64,000 nt of DNA from Cyanobacteria bacterium J06626_4 (GCA_038523235.1 JBCBJQ010000016.1:22505-86504); one strand, 5' to 3'. Shown: positions 1-10,867, counted from the stretch's first letter. Notes: a model not told the origin generated them from the letters alone. Numbers and translations are program-made.

Positions 1-714
1 CGAGCCGCCCTCTGCGAGTTTGCTCATGAAGGTAATTAAGCCTTGTTGATCGTACCCAGCTAATCCCATATTTTCAAAGCCGAGTTCATCCGCATGATAC
101 TCAGCCCCACGACTGTTGGGCAAAAAAAGTGCCAGCTGTACGCCGATGTTTACCAAGTCATCTTGGGAGACGCCTAGCGCGCCCACAATGCCATTAGTCA
201 AGGCGATTTCGCGCATCCGATTGACGGCGTGACGCCCGGCGATGTGGCCAATTTCGTGGGCAATGACGCCCGCCAGTTCCGCTTCGGTGTCGGCTTCGCG
301 AATCAGCCCTGTATGAATGTAAACAAAACCGCCAGAGGTGGCAAAGGCATTAACGCTGTCGTCAGCCACGACTTGGAAGGTGTAGGGAATATTGCTGCGG
401 GCACTGGTGGCGGCGAGCCGCTGACCAATTTCATCCACATAATTGACCACGGCGGGATTGCTGTTGTAAATGCGCACGCCTTGGCGCTGTAGGGCTTGGT
501 CGGTTTGTCGGCCCAGATCCACTTCTTGCTCGTCGTTCAAGTTCGACAGCTGAATATATTGAATTCCGTTAAAAATCAGATCAAAAATGTTGATGTCCGC
601 TTTACTGGGCTGGGGGGTGGCGACAACCAAACCGCTGGCCACCACCAGGGCGATCGCCCCGTACATCCATCGCTTACCCAAATTCCTTAATTGTTGTGTC
701 CAAACTCTGATCAC
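1..714 (-). CDS. M48-family zinc metallopeptidase (BepA/YfgC-like), partial; runs off the window start
   Basis: Manual minus-strand translation from GTG at 714 (AGGAG RBS upstream): signal peptide, then ...NAFATSGGFVYIHTGLI...ELAGVIAHEIGH (HExxH). Absent from the ORF track because it is truncated. Confidence 0.85.
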   Translation of the reverse strand, partial: MIRVWTQQLRNLGKRWMYGAIALVVASGLVVATPQPSKADINIFDLIFNGIQYIQLSNLNDEQEVDLGRQTDQALQRQGVRIYNSNPAVVNYVDEIGQRLAATSARSNIPYTFQVVADDSVNAFATSGGFVYIHTGLIREADTEAELAGVIAHEIGHIAGRHAVNRMREIALTNGIVGALGVSQDDLVNIGVQLALFLPNSRGAEYHADELGFENMGLAGYDQQGLITFMSKLAEGGS

Positions 715-908
715 TGTGGTCTCCTGCCCCTTCGCTAGGCATTACTGGCGTGCGCTTAGAGTGCCTAATTTGGTTACTCAATCTCTCATGACGTCGAGAG
801 GCGCTTTCAAGTTGCCGTTCTGGATGCTTAAATACTAGCGATTAATGATTTCCTCCCGAGGCATTGCTAAGGCAGGCCGCTGGCAAACCGAGTAAGAGAA
901 GATTAGGT

Positions 909-1448
909 ATGGCAATCTTAGATGCAAAAGGTCGACTGTTTGGCAAGATCAGCCTGTTAGATATTGGTGCCGGTTTGGTCATCCTCATGGTGCTGGCCGG
1001 CATTTTCTTGTTCCCTGGCACAGGGGGCACGGTAGCCCAGATCGAAGACACGGTGCCGGTGGAAGTTGACCTGATCGTGCGGGGATTGACCGTTTCTGAC
1101 CCCGAGGGTCTATATCAAACCCTCAAGGAATCTGAAACCACTAACATCATTATTCGTAACCAACCGGCAGGCACGGCTCAAATCAAAGAGGTGGTTAAGT
1201 TACCTCGCAGTCAGGCCGTGGCCCAACCCGATGGCACGGTGAAATCTTTTCCTGACCCCCGGCCAGAGCTGAACTACACCATCGACATGCTGATTACGCT
1301 ACTCGATGAAAACGCTCGAGTTTCGGAAAACAGCCCGGTCGTGGGCAACAGCCCGGTCAAAATCGGCACCCAAGTGCAAATCGAAGGGGATCTCTACAGC
1401 TTCTATACCAGCACAGTCGGCGTGCGCGTCTTAGACGACGAAGGTTAG
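909..1448 (+). CDS. DUF4330-family cyanobacterial membrane-anchored protein
   Basis: MAILDAKGRLFGKISLLDIGA N-terminus, one TM segment and IIIRNQP motif typical of DUF4330; ATG at 909 preferred. Confidence 0.75.
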   Translation: MAILDAKGRLFGKISLLDIGAGLVILMVLAGIFLFPGTGGTVAQIEDTVPVEVDLIVRGLTVSDPEGLYQTLKESETTNIIIRNQPAGTAQIKEVVKLPRSQAVAQPDGTVKSFPDPRPELNYTIDMLITLLDENARVSENSPVVGNSPVKIGTQVQIEGDLYSFYTSTVGVRVLDDEG

Positions 1449-1478
1449 GCTAAAGCCGTCGAATCATTCTGCTAAGAC

Positions 1479-1817
1479 ATGGGCTTAGGATCTAACGCCA
1501 CCTCGCGATCGCGCCGATGGCCTCAATGGACGTGGCTATTTTTGTTGTCTATGGTGTTGCCGCCCTTGCTCATGAGCACGGCGTGGATCTTGCCAGGGGC
1601 GCTGCAGGTGATTCAGACCGGCACCTGTCCACCGGCCCCACCGGACATTCCCCCGCATCCTTGCTCGCTGGGCACTTACCTAATACGCATGACCGTGGGC
1701 CTGTGGGCTTTGATGGGCCATCTGGCCACTTGGCTGTCATGGTTTGTCGCTAATTTGGTGCTGTGGGGGGTGGGATTGTTTAGTGTGGCACTGTATCGCA
1801 ATTGGCGATCGGATTGA
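1479..1817 (+). CDS. hypothetical membrane protein with CPPAPPDIPPHPC loop
   Basis: 112-aa ORF 30 nt after the previous gene; hydrophobic segments. Confidence 0.6.
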   Translation: MGLGSNATSRSRRWPQWTWLFLLSMVLPPLLMSTAWILPGALQVIQTGTCPPAPPDIPPHPCSLGTYLIRMTVGLWALMGHLATWLSWFVANLVLWGVGLFSVALYRNWRSD

Positions 1818-1823
1818 GGCTTA

Positions 1824-1865
1824 AGAGGGTTGAGGGTTGAGAGTGGAGGGCAGGGGGTTAGAGCT
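1824..1865 (+). repeat. degenerate heptamer short tandem repeat (GAGGGTT-like, STRR type)
   Basis: agagggt tgagggt tgagagt ggagggc agggggt. Confidence 0.45.
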
Positions 1866-2225
1866 GACTGCGGTGGCTGCTGGAGTGGTTGGATGGGGTG
1901 TTGTCCGCGATCGCGACGGCATGCAACCGGTCTCAACGTCTGAGCAAAGTTGTCACCTTTGCTCAGGTAGCAACCAGAACTAACAGCCGGTTAGGTCGTC
2001 CAGAATTCCAGACAAATTGCCTGACTGAGAATCACCAGCTCACTCCCAACGCCACCGTTTCTTCGCCGATTCACCGCTCTCTTAACTTCCCAGCCCTCTG
2101 GCACCATCGCCCCTGGCGTCCCTAAAATCGGCAACCATCAAGAAGTTCTACAAACCTTGGCCCGGTTTAACGCGAAGGGCTCTAGCGTATTAGCCTATAG
2201 ATTGGCCTTTTATCTTGCTGTGCCC

Positions 2226-3275
2226 ATGAATTCACCGCTGTCTACCGCCGAATGGAACTCACTGGCTGATCAGTCGCTCGCTGGAGACGTGATTAGTCGT
2301 GAAGCGGCCCATCGGATATTGGCTGCTCCGGATACCGAACTGCTGGCACAGCTACAAGCGGCTTATCGAGTGCGACACCATTATTGGGAAAATCGGGTGC
2401 GGCTGCATTTTTTGCTGAACGCGCAGAGTGGCCTTTGTCCCGAAGATTGTCACTACTGCTCGCAGTCCAAAATTTCCACCGCTGATATCGACAAATATCC
2501 CCTCATGACCCAAGAGCGGGTACTGGCGGCAGCAGAGCGAGCGCACACCCTCAAGGCGGGGACCTTTTGCATGGTGATTTCGGGGCGAGCGCCCGCCGAA
2601 CCGACCTTCAACCGCGTGTTGGACTTAGTGCGATCGGTCAAAGCGCAGTATCCCATGAAAATCTGTGCCTGCCTGGGTCTGCTGGATGAGCCGCAGGCGG
2701 AACGTTTAGCGGCAGCCGGGGTCGATCGCGTCAATCACAACCTCAACACGGCAAAAAACAACCACAAAAATATCTGTACCACCCACACCTTTGAAGACCG
2801 CGTCGATACTGTAAAGGCGGTAAAATCGGCGGGGCTGACCACCTGTTCTGGCGGCATTCTCGGCCTGGGCGAATCTGCTGATGATGTGATTGACCTGGCA
2901 CTGTCGCTGCGACAGCTAGAGGTGACTAGCGTGCCGATCAACTTTTTGATTCCGATTCCAGGCACGCCATTTGAAACGCGTTCTGAGCTGCATCCCCGCC
3001 AGTGTCTGCGCATGCTTTGTCTCTTTCGCCTGCTATTGCCCAGCCAAGAGATTCGCATCGCGGGCGGACGAGAAGTGCAGCTGCGATCGCTGCAGCCCTT
3101 GGGACTGTATGCAGCGAATTCCATCTTTGTGGGCGATTACCTCACCACACCAGGGCAAACTGCAACTGCTGATTTTGAAATGATTCGCGATGCCGGATTT
3201 GTGCTCGAAGCGCCTGATGGGTCGGTATTAGAAGGCGATCCGGTGGCTGAGTTGCAAGCTCTAACGATCGCTTAA
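2226..3275 (+). CDS. bioB: biotin synthase (radical SAM)
   Basis: [11 protein letters not shown]xxxCxxC motif, [44 protein letters not shown]. Confidence 0.95.
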   Translation: MNSPLSTAEWNSLADQSLAGDVISREAAHRILAAPDTELLAQLQAAYRVRHHYWENRVRLHFLLNAQSGLCPEDCHYCSQSKISTADIDKYPLMTQERVLAAAERAHTLKAGTFCMVISGRAPAEPTFNRVLDLVRSVKAQYPMKICACLGLLDEPQAERLAAAGVDRVNHNLNTAKNNHKNICTTHTFEDRVDTVKAVKSAGLTTCSGGILGLGESADDVIDLALSLRQLEVTSVPINFLIPIPGTPFETRSELHPRQCLRMLCLFRLLLPSQEIRIAGGREVQLRSLQPLGLYAANSIFVGDYLTTPGQTATADFEMIRDAGFVLEAPDGSVLEGDPVAELQALTIA

Positions 3276-3635
3276 GGAGATTTCCACCCAAAATAATCCC
3301 TGCTGGGGCAAGTTTTGTGGATGCTCGATCGCAACAAAATCAGTGAGATCGAGGTCTTTAGCCAAACTCGCCCTGATCGTAACGGGACGTTCTTGCTGGG
3401 AAATCTTCTGAATTCCACCCGATGCCAAGACTCGGGCAGACCGGCAGAACTAACGCTTCTGATAGTTTTGCGCCCCCTTGCCCCCGGCCCCAAGCAATCG
3501 ACACGTTCGGTGACTTTGTGAGCTAGCCGAATCGACTCACGCCATCGGCTGCTATGCTGACGGTCTTTCATCTGCTAGCCGTATCTACCCGTTTTTCCCT
3601 CTCCTCTCCACCCTCTACCTTCCCCCCTCTCTACC

Positions 3636-5006
3636 ATGACTCACTGGCAACAAGGCGAAACCCTCGAATTGGAGATCACTGACCTCAGCAGCGACGGCGA
3701 TGGGGTGGGCCGGTGGGACAACCGAGTCGTATTTGTGCCAAATACTGTACCGGGCGATCGCATTCAGGTGCGGCTAGTTTTCGTGAAACCGTCGTTTGGC
3801 AAAGGCCAGCTGATGGAAATTTTGCAGGCGTCGAGCGATCGCATTCGTCCGCCCTGCATTGTGGCTGATAAGTGCGGGGGTTGTCAGTGGCAGCCGGTGG
3901 CCTATGCGGCTCAGTTGGCAGCCAAACAACAGCAGGTGATTGACGCACTAGAGCGGATCGGTCATTTCACCAACATTCCGATCAGTCCGATGATGGCCGC
4001 TGACGCCCCACTGGGCTATCGCAACAAAGCCACCTATCCGCTCGGGATTTCGGCTGAAGATACCGTTAAAGCCGGCTATTTTCGCAAGGGCACCCACCAA
4101 ATCATTAACCTCAACCAATGTCCGGTGCAGGATGATCGCCTTGATCCTCTATTGGCTGAGGTGAAGCACGATATTCAGGCCCAGGGCTGGTCAATTTATG
4201 ACGAAGCCACGCAGCAAGGGGCACTACGGCATCTGGCGCTGCGGGTGGGTCGGCGCACTGGTCAACTGATGTTGACGCTGGTCAGCACCACCTGGGAGCT
4301 GCCAGGTCTAGAGGCACAATGTGGGGAATGGAAGGCTCGGTATCCCCACCTAGCGGGCATTTGCATCAACCGTAACCGCAAGTCGGGCAACGCGATCTGG
4401 GGCAAAGAGTCGCGCTTTGTGGTGGGTGAGCCCTACTTAGAAGAAGAATTTGCCAATCTGACATTTCACATTTACCCCACCAACTTTTTTCAGGTGAATA
4501 CGGAGCAGGCAGAGCGACTGCTGCGGGTCATGCTAGATGAGTTGCAATTGCAGGGCACGGAGGTCGTGGTCGATGCCTACTGCGGCATTGGCGCATTGAC
4601 CTTACCCATTGCCCAGCGCGCCAGCTTCTGCCTGGGCCTGGAAGTGCAGGAGGAAGCCGTGGAAGTGGCGATCGAAAACGCCAAACTTAATAACATTCGT
4701 AATGCTCGATTTAAGGCGGGCACAGTGGATAAACTGCTGCCGGACGTGCGGGAATCGTTGCGCGATCAGGCTCCCGATATTGTGGTGCTCGACCCGCCCC
4801 GCAAAGGCTGTGGCGATCGCGTGCTGGCGGCGCTGCTGGCCCTGCATCCACCGCGCATTGCCTACATGAGCTGCAATCCCGCCACGCTGGCGCGAGACCT
4901 CAAGCGCCTGTGCGAAGCGGGCGGCTACCGGTTGCAGCGGGTGCAGCCGGCCGACTTCTTTCCCCAAACCGCTCATGTAGAGTGTGTCGCGTTTCTGGTA
5001 GCGTAA
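3636..5006 (+). CDS. rlmD: 23S rRNA (uracil-1939-C5)-methyltransferase
   Basis: TRAM domain, C..CGGC Fe-S motif, FFQVN, DAYCGIG, LDPPRKG, SCNPATLARD, DFFPQTAHVE. Confidence 0.93.
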   Translation: MTHWQQGETLELEITDLSSDGDGVGRWDNRVVFVPNTVPGDRIQVRLVFVKPSFGKGQLMEILQASSDRIRPPCIVADKCGGCQWQPVAYAAQLAAKQQQVIDALERIGHFTNIPISPMMAADAPLGYRNKATYPLGISAEDTVKAGYFRKGTHQIINLNQCPVQDDRLDPLLAEVKHDIQAQGWSIYDEATQQGALRHLALRVGRRTGQLMLTLVSTTWELPGLEAQCGEWKARYPHLAGICINRNRKSGNAIWGKESRFVVGEPYLEEEFANLTFHIYPTNFFQVNTEQAERLLRVMLDELQLQGTEVVVDAYCGIGALTLPIAQRASFCLGLEVQEEAVEVAIENAKLNNIRNARFKAGTVDKLLPDVRESLRDQAPDIVVLDPPRKGCGDRVLAALLALHPPRIAYMSCNPATLARDLKRLCEAGGYRLQRVQPADFFPQTAHVECVAFLVA

Positions 5007-5032
5007 GAGAGCCCTTTTTTGATCGAACCGGT

Positions 5033-6076
5033 ATGCAGTTCAGCGCGATCGCCCAACAGATTGGCATCACTGAAGCCTCAAGTCTAGCCGCGTATCCAGA
5101 ACGCGATCCCGATATTACTGGGGTTGCAGCGGTGCAAACGGCAACAGCGGGCAGTATCAGCTATATCGAAGGGGCAAAGTTTGGCCAATACGCCACGACA
5201 ACTCAGGCGAGCGCCCTGATTTTGCCGCCCGATGAGGCGCTGCAAACCCAGGCAAATGAGCGGGGTTTGGCCTGGCTCAGTGCGGCTGATCCGCGATTGG
5301 GCTTTGCCCGCACCATTGCGTTGTTTTATCGCCCGTTTCAGCTAGCACCGGGCATTCATCCCACGGCCATTGTGGATGCTGCTGCCAAACTCGGAGCCGA
5401 CGTCGCCATCGGGGCTCATGCCGTGGTGCAGGCGGGGGCCACCATCGGCGATGGCGTCTGCATTCACCCCAACGTGGTGGTTTATCCGCACGCTATCATC
5501 GGCGATCGCACCGTGCTGCATGCCAACTGTGTCATCCATGAACGCACTCATATCGGGGCCGACTGTGTGGTGCATAGCGGGGCTGCAATCGGGTCAGAAG
5601 GCTTTGGCTTTGTGCCCACTGCCACCGGCTGGGAAAAGATGGAACAATCGGGCACAACCGTGCTTGAAGACGGGGTAGAAATTGGCTGCAACTCCACGGT
5701 TGATCGCCCCGCCGTGGGGGAAACTCGCATTAAACAAGGCACCAAGCTCGACAATATGGTGCATGTGGCTCACGGCTGTGAAATCGGCCAGGGCGTAGTG
5801 ATGGCGGCCCAGGTGGGCATGGCCGGGGGCGTCACGGTCGGCAACCGCGTGATTTTGGCGGGCCAAGTCGGCATCTCTAACCAGGCAAACATCGGCGATG
5901 GCGCGATCGCCACGGCCAAGGCGGGCATTCACAGTGATGTGGCTCCCGGCGACATCGTCACCGGGATTCCCGCCTTGCCTCACAAAGTCTTTCTCAAAGC
6001 CTCGGCAGTGTTTAGCCGCTTGCCTGAAATGCATCGCACTCTGCGCAAAATTAGCCGTCAGCTCAAGTTAGATTGA
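5033..6076 (+). CDS. lpxD: UDP-3-O-(3-hydroxyacyl)glucosamine N-acyltransferase
   Basis: Hexapeptide repeats, GSEGFGF, VEIGCNSTVDR, TKLDNMVHVAHG; ATG at 5033. Confidence 0.95.
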   Translation: MQFSAIAQQIGITEASSLAAYPERDPDITGVAAVQTATAGSISYIEGAKFGQYATTTQASALILPPDEALQTQANERGLAWLSAADPRLGFARTIALFYRPFQLAPGIHPTAIVDAAAKLGADVAIGAHAVVQAGATIGDGVCIHPNVVVYPHAIIGDRTVLHANCVIHERTHIGADCVVHSGAAIGSEGFGFVPTATGWEKMEQSGTTVLEDGVEIGCNSTVDRPAVGETRIKQGTKLDNMVHVAHGCEIGQGVVMAAQVGMAGGVTVGNRVILAGQVGISNQANIGDGAIATAKAGIHSDVAPGDIVTGIPALPHKVFLKASAVFSRLPEMHRTLRKISRQLKLD

Positions 6077-7007
6077 GGTGGTGCACCGCTCTGACCAAAC
6101 GGTTGCGACCCGCTCCTTTTGCTCGGTAGAGCGCCTTGTCCGCCTGATCAACTAAGCTGTCGGACCGCGTGGTTACAGTCGGCAACAGGGTCACGCCACC
6201 CGCGCTGTAGGTAACAATTTCATCCACACCAGAATTGCGATGGGGAATCGCACAGGCCCGGAGACGCGCCCTGATTTTGCGATCAATCGCGGCTAACCCA
6301 GCCATTGAGATATTGGGGAGCAGCAGCACAAATTCTTCGCCGCCATAACGCGCCACTAAATCAGCGGGCCGTTCCGTACAAGATCGCAAGATTTCAGCAA
6401 AGGTTTGCAGGCAGCGGTCACCTTCTAAATGTCCGTAGGTATCGTTAAATTGCTTAAAGAAATCCAGATCGCAGAGTAGCAGCCCTAGAGGTAGCTGCTC
6501 TCGGGTCAAGCGTCGCCATTCTTGGTTCAGCATAGTCTGAAAAAACCGACGATTGGCCAAGCTGGTCAGGTCATCGGTATGAGAGATTTGCTGTAGCCGC
6601 ACATTGGTATCAGCCAACTCATGAAATAGCTGGCGTTCTCTCAAAACGCGCTTAATCCGATGACAAAGAACCGAAAGGTTAACAGGCTTAGTGATGAAAT
6701 CTGTCGCTTTAGCATTAAAGGCTTTATTAACTGAAGATTCATCACTGAGTCCAGTCACAATCAGCACCGGTGGGCAGTCCTGCCGCAGTCGCCGATGCAT
6801 CACTTGGCAACACTCAAACCCATCAATATCTGGCAGCAGCGCATCCAACAGCACCACATCCACAGTCTCACACATTACCGTTGAGATGCCTTCGAATCCA
6901 GTTGCCGCAGTGACGACTTCAAAGGTCTGCTGCTCAAGGGCACACACTAGCAAATTTCGGGTATCTGCATCATCATCAACTACCAGAATTTTAGGGAGCG
7001 TCGTCAT
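6063..7007 (-). CDS. response regulator-diguanylate cyclase (REC-GGDEF)
   Basis: ILVVDDD/DVVLLD/KP receiver motifs; DLDFFKQFNDTYGH, RPAD I-site, RYGGEEF. Confidence 0.92.
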   Translation of the reverse strand: MTTLPKILVVDDDADTRNLLVCALEQQTFEVVTAATGFEGISTVMCETVDVVLLDALLPDIDGFECCQVMHRRLRQDCPPVLIVTGLSDESSVNKAFNAKATDFITKPVNLSVLCHRIKRVLRERQLFHELADTNVRLQQISHTDDLTSLANRRFFQTMLNQEWRRLTREQLPLGLLLCDLDFFKQFNDTYGHLEGDRCLQTFAEILRSCTERPADLVARYGGEEFVLLLPNISMAGLAAIDRKIRARLRACAIPHRNSGVDEIVTYSAGGVTLLPTVTTRSDSLVDQADKALYRAKGAGRNRLVRAVHHLNLT

Positions 7008-7589
7008 GACTATCTCAACAGATACGAGCTTAATGTCTGAGCGATAAAGAAAATCCTGTTCTTCTGACGTGTAAATTGCCTAATCACTAAAGAGCTTTCC
7101 CTATAGTCTTGGCTGTGCTGACTCTCGAGTACTTTTCGCCGAGTTTGGCGATAAAAACCAGCCTCAAAGGCAATCAAGGACGAGCACATCAAACAGGTTG
7201 CCGAAAGACTGAAGGCTCATAAACCCTGGGTAACAAGCTCACGAATGCACTCTAAATGACTCAAGTTCTCCTAAACTCAGCCCACATTACCACTTGCTAT
7301 TTCACCCAGTTTCTAAGGAAGTGTCGAGTCAGGCAACAATGAATGTGACAATTTCAAAACTATATGTCCAGACTGACAGATTATGCGCAACTACAGCTTC
7401 TGGCAAAGGGCATAAGTTTTCACGTAAACCGCGAAATCATCTCCATCAATAGGGTGTGCCGCAACCGAGGCAAATCACTCAGACAAAAGACTGCAGCGAA
7501 GGTTTAGCTTTGCTTTACAATTTGTCCAAAGCTTGAGTAACCGTCAACCAGCCTTGCCTCACCTCGTCAATTAGAGAAACGTAACTGTC

Positions 7590-9179
7590 ATGAGCACCGG
7601 ATATCTTGCCCTTGTTCTGCATGCCCACTTGCCCTACGTCAGACACCCGGAAAGCGATTTTGTACTAGAGGAGGAATGGCTGTTTGAGGCGATTACCGAG
7701 ACCTACGTGCCGCTCATTACGATGTTTGAGGGGCTCAAGCAAGACGGTGTCGATTTCAAGCTCACCATGAGTATGACACCACCACTGGTGTCGATGCTGC
7801 GCGATCCGCTACTGCAGGATCGGTTTGATGCTCATCTGAGTCAGCTTGAAAAACTGATTGAGATGGAGCTTGATCGCAACGAGCACAACGGCCATCTGCG
7901 TTATTTGGCCGAGCACTACACCGAAGAGTTCCAGCATGTGCGGCAGCTCTGGGAACGGTACGATCGCGACCTGGTCAAAGCCTTTAAGCAATTTCAAGAC
8001 AGCAACAACCTAGAAATCATCACCTGCGGCGCAACCCACGGTTACATGCCGCTGATGAAAATGTATCCAGAAGCGGTGTGGGCGCAAGTTCAGGTGGCGG
8101 TTGAGAGCTACGCTGAGCATTTCGATCGCCCCCCCAACGGCATTTGGCTGCCAGAATGCGCCTATTACGAAGGCGTTGAGCGGATGCTCGCTGATGCCGG
8201 ACTCCGCTACTTTCTGACCGACGGCCACGGCATTCTCTATGCGCGTCCGCGCCCGCGCTTCGGCTCCTATGCCCCCATCTACACCGAAACCGGGGTGGCG
8301 GCCTTTGGCCGCGACCATGAATCATCACAACAGGTGTGGTCATCTCAGGTAGGCTATCCGGGCGCGTCCGAATACCGCGAGTTTTATCGCGACCTAGGCT
8401 GGGATGCTGAGTACGAATACATTAAGCCGTTTATCATGCCCAACGGTCAGCGCAAAAATGTGGGCATCAAGTACCACAAAATTACGGGCAAAGGTCTCGG
8501 TCTCTCCGATAAATCTTGGTATGACCCCTACTGGGCCAGAGAAAAAGCAGCTGAGCATGCTGACAATTTCATGTTCAACCGCGAACGGCAGGTCGAACAT
8601 TTGCAGGACATGATGCGCCGCCCCCCCATCATCGTGTCGCCCTATGACGCCGAGCTGTTTGGCCACTGGTGGTATGAAGGCCCCTGGTTTTTAGACTATC
8701 TCTTCCGCAAAACCTGGTTTGATCAAAGTACTTACGAGATGACCCATTTGGCCGACTACCTGCGCGACAACCCGACACAGCAGGTAGCCAAACCGTCGCA
8801 GTCGAGCTGGGGCTATAAAGGCTTTCACGAATACTGGCTGAATGAAACCAATGCCTGGATCTATCCGCACTTGCACAAAGCGGCGGAGCGCATGATCGAG
8901 TTGGCCAAGCGGGAACCCGAAGACGAGCTGCAGTGGCGGGCACTCAATCAAGCAGCCCGCGAGCTGCTGCTAGCGCAGTCATCGGACTGGGCGTTTATTA
9001 TGCGCACTGGCACGATGGTGCCCTATGCGGTGCGGCGGACGAGATCGCACCTCTCGCGGTTTACCAAGCTGTGGGAAGACTTAAACGAAGGCAAGGTTGA
9101 CTCCGGTTGGTTAGTCAAAGTCGAGGCGATCGACAACATCTTTCCCAACATCAACTATCGGGTTTACCGACCGCTGTAG
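7590..9179 (+). CDS. GH57 family (DUF1957) alpha-glucan branching enzyme
   Basis: LVLHAHLPYVRHP, GIWLPECAY, PYDAELFGHWWYEGP, LAQSSDWAFI. Confidence 0.92.
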   Translation: MSTGYLALVLHAHLPYVRHPESDFVLEEEWLFEAITETYVPLITMFEGLKQDGVDFKLTMSMTPPLVSMLRDPLLQDRFDAHLSQLEKLIEMELDRNEHNGHLRYLAEHYTEEFQHVRQLWERYDRDLVKAFKQFQDSNNLEIITCGATHGYMPLMKMYPEAVWAQVQVAVESYAEHFDRPPNGIWLPECAYYEGVERMLADAGLRYFLTDGHGILYARPRPRFGSYAPIYTETGVAAFGRDHESSQQVWSSQVGYPGASEYREFYRDLGWDAEYEYIKPFIMPNGQRKNVGIKYHKITGKGLGLSDKSWYDPYWAREKAAEHADNFMFNRERQVEHLQDMMRRPPIIVSPYDAELFGHWWYEGPWFLDYLFRKTWFDQSTYEMTHLADYLRDNPTQQVAKPSQSSWGYKGFHEYWLNETNAWIYPHLHKAAERMIELAKREPEDELQWRALNQAARELLLAQSSDWAFIMRTGTMVPYAVRRTRSHLSRFTKLWEDLNEGKVDSGWLVKVEAIDNIFPNINYRVYRPL

Positions 9180-9238
9180 CAGGCAGTTAGGGAGACCGCT
9201 GTGCTGCCAATACTCACCCCTCTGAGGAGTCGTCCACT

Positions 9239-9628
9239 GTGTTCGATCAGTCGTTAGCACGGCTCAAGCAAGAGAATGAAAAGTTGAGAAAGCGTCTCGC
9301 CGCGACCCGACAACTGGGACTGCGGGGCGAGGCTCTTAAAGTCTTTGAAACCCACTGCTCAGCGCATCTAGAACTGGACAAACAGGGCAACATTAGCGGC
9401 ATTCAGGGCCATGATGGTCAACTTTATGGTGTCGCCACTTGGCTAGAACGAGCCCGCCAAGGGCAAGAAGGCACCATTGCCCAGGCGCTGCTAGCGACCA
9501 ATGATAGTCAATCAGAAATTTCGCAGCCCCACGTGAGCGTTGATCAACTGCCCACTCTGTCAGCGGCACAATTGGCCGCGATCGCCTGCGGTGATTTAGT
9601 GGTGACGATCTCAGTGCTAGAGCCTTAG
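9239..9628 (+). CDS. hypothetical protein with N-terminal coiled coil
   Basis: 129-aa ORF with GAGGAG RBS before the GTG start. Confidence 0.6.
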   Translation: MFDQSLARLKQENEKLRKRLAATRQLGLRGEALKVFETHCSAHLELDKQGNISGIQGHDGQLYGVATWLERARQGQEGTIAQALLATNDSQSEISQPHVSVDQLPTLSAAQLAAIACGDLVVTISVLEP

Positions 9629-9697
9629 CGGCTGCTCGAGTCTGGCCGCTGCCATCTGGCGAGGGCGTTGCCTGAAGCCTGCTGGTGGAACAGGGGC

Positions 9698-10297
9698 TTA
9701 ACCGCGCACCTTTTTCAAGACAAATAGACTGCCTTGATTGCCTCGGCTGATCCGGAGGTCGTCATCCAGATAGGTCACTTCTAACCAGCCCGATTGGCGA
9801 TCGCGGTTGATGCGAAAATCGATGCCTTGCCAGAGCGGCAGTTTGTTCTGATCGCGCAGTTTTTGGATGAAGCTGAGCGGCGTCTTATACCCGAGCAAAC
9901 TCTGCAGACCAAAGACGCCTCGTTCAAACGCCACGTTAACCCGCCGGTCAGAGACCGCTTCAAACTGGGCTGAAACCGAAACGAGGCCACCGAGTTGGGG
10001 GAGGCCAACCACTTCCGCCAGGTTATAAATTCGCGCTTCGTCAAGATAAACGCACTGATAGATCTGCCCTAGTTTGTAAAGTGGGACATTGTCGATGCCC
10101 AGGAGTTCTTGACTGGTGGTGTAAAGCAGTCGCCAGATGCCGTTTAGCTGTTCTTTAGCAGCCAAGGCTTGGGGATGGGGGGTGCGATCTTCTAATCGGG
10201 CAGCCCAGCTCTGAATCGCTTGCCGGTCATTGTCTGAAGCCAGGAGGCCTCGATTGGTCGAGGCGATCGCTTCTAATAAGTCTGTTTTACCCAACAT
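9698..10297 (-). CDS. PAP/fibrillin family protein
   Basis: LLEAIASTNRGLLA, LNGIWRLLYTTS, GWLEVTYLDDDLRISRGNQGSLFVL. Confidence 0.92.
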   Translation of the reverse strand: MLGKTDLLEAIASTNRGLLASDNDRQAIQSWAARLEDRTPHPQALAAKEQLNGIWRLLYTTSQELLGIDNVPLYKLGQIYQCVYLDEARIYNLAEVVGLPQLGGLVSVSAQFEAVSDRRVNVAFERGVFGLQSLLGYKTPLSFIQKLRDQNKLPLWQGIDFRINRDRQSGWLEVTYLDDDLRISRGNQGSLFVLKKVRG

Positions 10298-10542
10298 GGA
10301 ATTCTCAATGAGGATTTGTGAACTCTGTGCTCAATCGTCAAGATACCTGTAAGCTTACGTGAGTTTTGATTGACATTTTCTGACTCGTCAGCTATCACTC
10401 CGGTGTTAGACTCATAGCTGGGCTTGACGCTCTGTTGACCTGCTGTCAGCATATCAGCGTCCAAACTTGAGCGATGTCGGTCTAACAGTTGGCTGAGGGC
10501 TCAAGTGGTTATGGCCCTGCTTAAATTTGATTTGGATTTTCT

Positions 10543-10782
10543 ATGACTTACAACCCTTCGCTGCGGACAATTCCCCGCGATCAAACGGCCGACGTGTTGC
10601 CGACGCAAAAAGAGCCTTCGATTCTCTCTTGGCTAGAAGGCACGGGCCGCCTGAAGCCTCGGGAAGAGGTCGCCGTGATCAAAGACGAGACGAAAGAAGA
10701 AGAGAGTGAAGAAATCGATGATCTCATGGGCGACTCGGATAAGAGTTTCGATGATGATCTCAGCTTAGAAGATGACGATTAA
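10543..10782 (+). CDS. DUF3134-family small acidic protein
   Basis: YNPSLR...SILSWLEGTGRL plus acidic tail; directly upstream of mraY. Confidence 0.8.
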   Translation: MTYNPSLRTIPRDQTADVLPTQKEPSILSWLEGTGRLKPREEVAVIKDETKEEESEEIDDLMGDSDKSFDDDLSLEDDD

Positions 10783-10867
10783 GTATCCATCTGAACTTGT
10801 GTCAAATGATGGAATCTCTTAGGGTGAGGAAGCTTTGGGCTCCACCCAGTGGTGAAGCTTGAGGACA

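Noticed and set aside
229..838. Short + strand ORFs at the window start
   Set aside because: Overlap the minus-strand M48 peptidase gene
3276..3635. Possible ncRNA or small ORFs between bioB and rlmD
   Set aside because: No recognisable 6S, SRP, tmRNA or riboswitch signature; ORFs lack RBS and plausible composition; only a pyrimidine-rich degenerate repeat before rlmD
4910..5032. N-terminal extension of lpxD in the ORF track (also extensions of bioB, psbZ, gloA, Prx, cobT and the NTase)
   Set aside because: Family similarity begins at downstream ATGs, which were used instead
7342..7360. CRP-like site (TGTGACAATTTCAAA)
   Set aside because: Wrong spacing and poor second half-site
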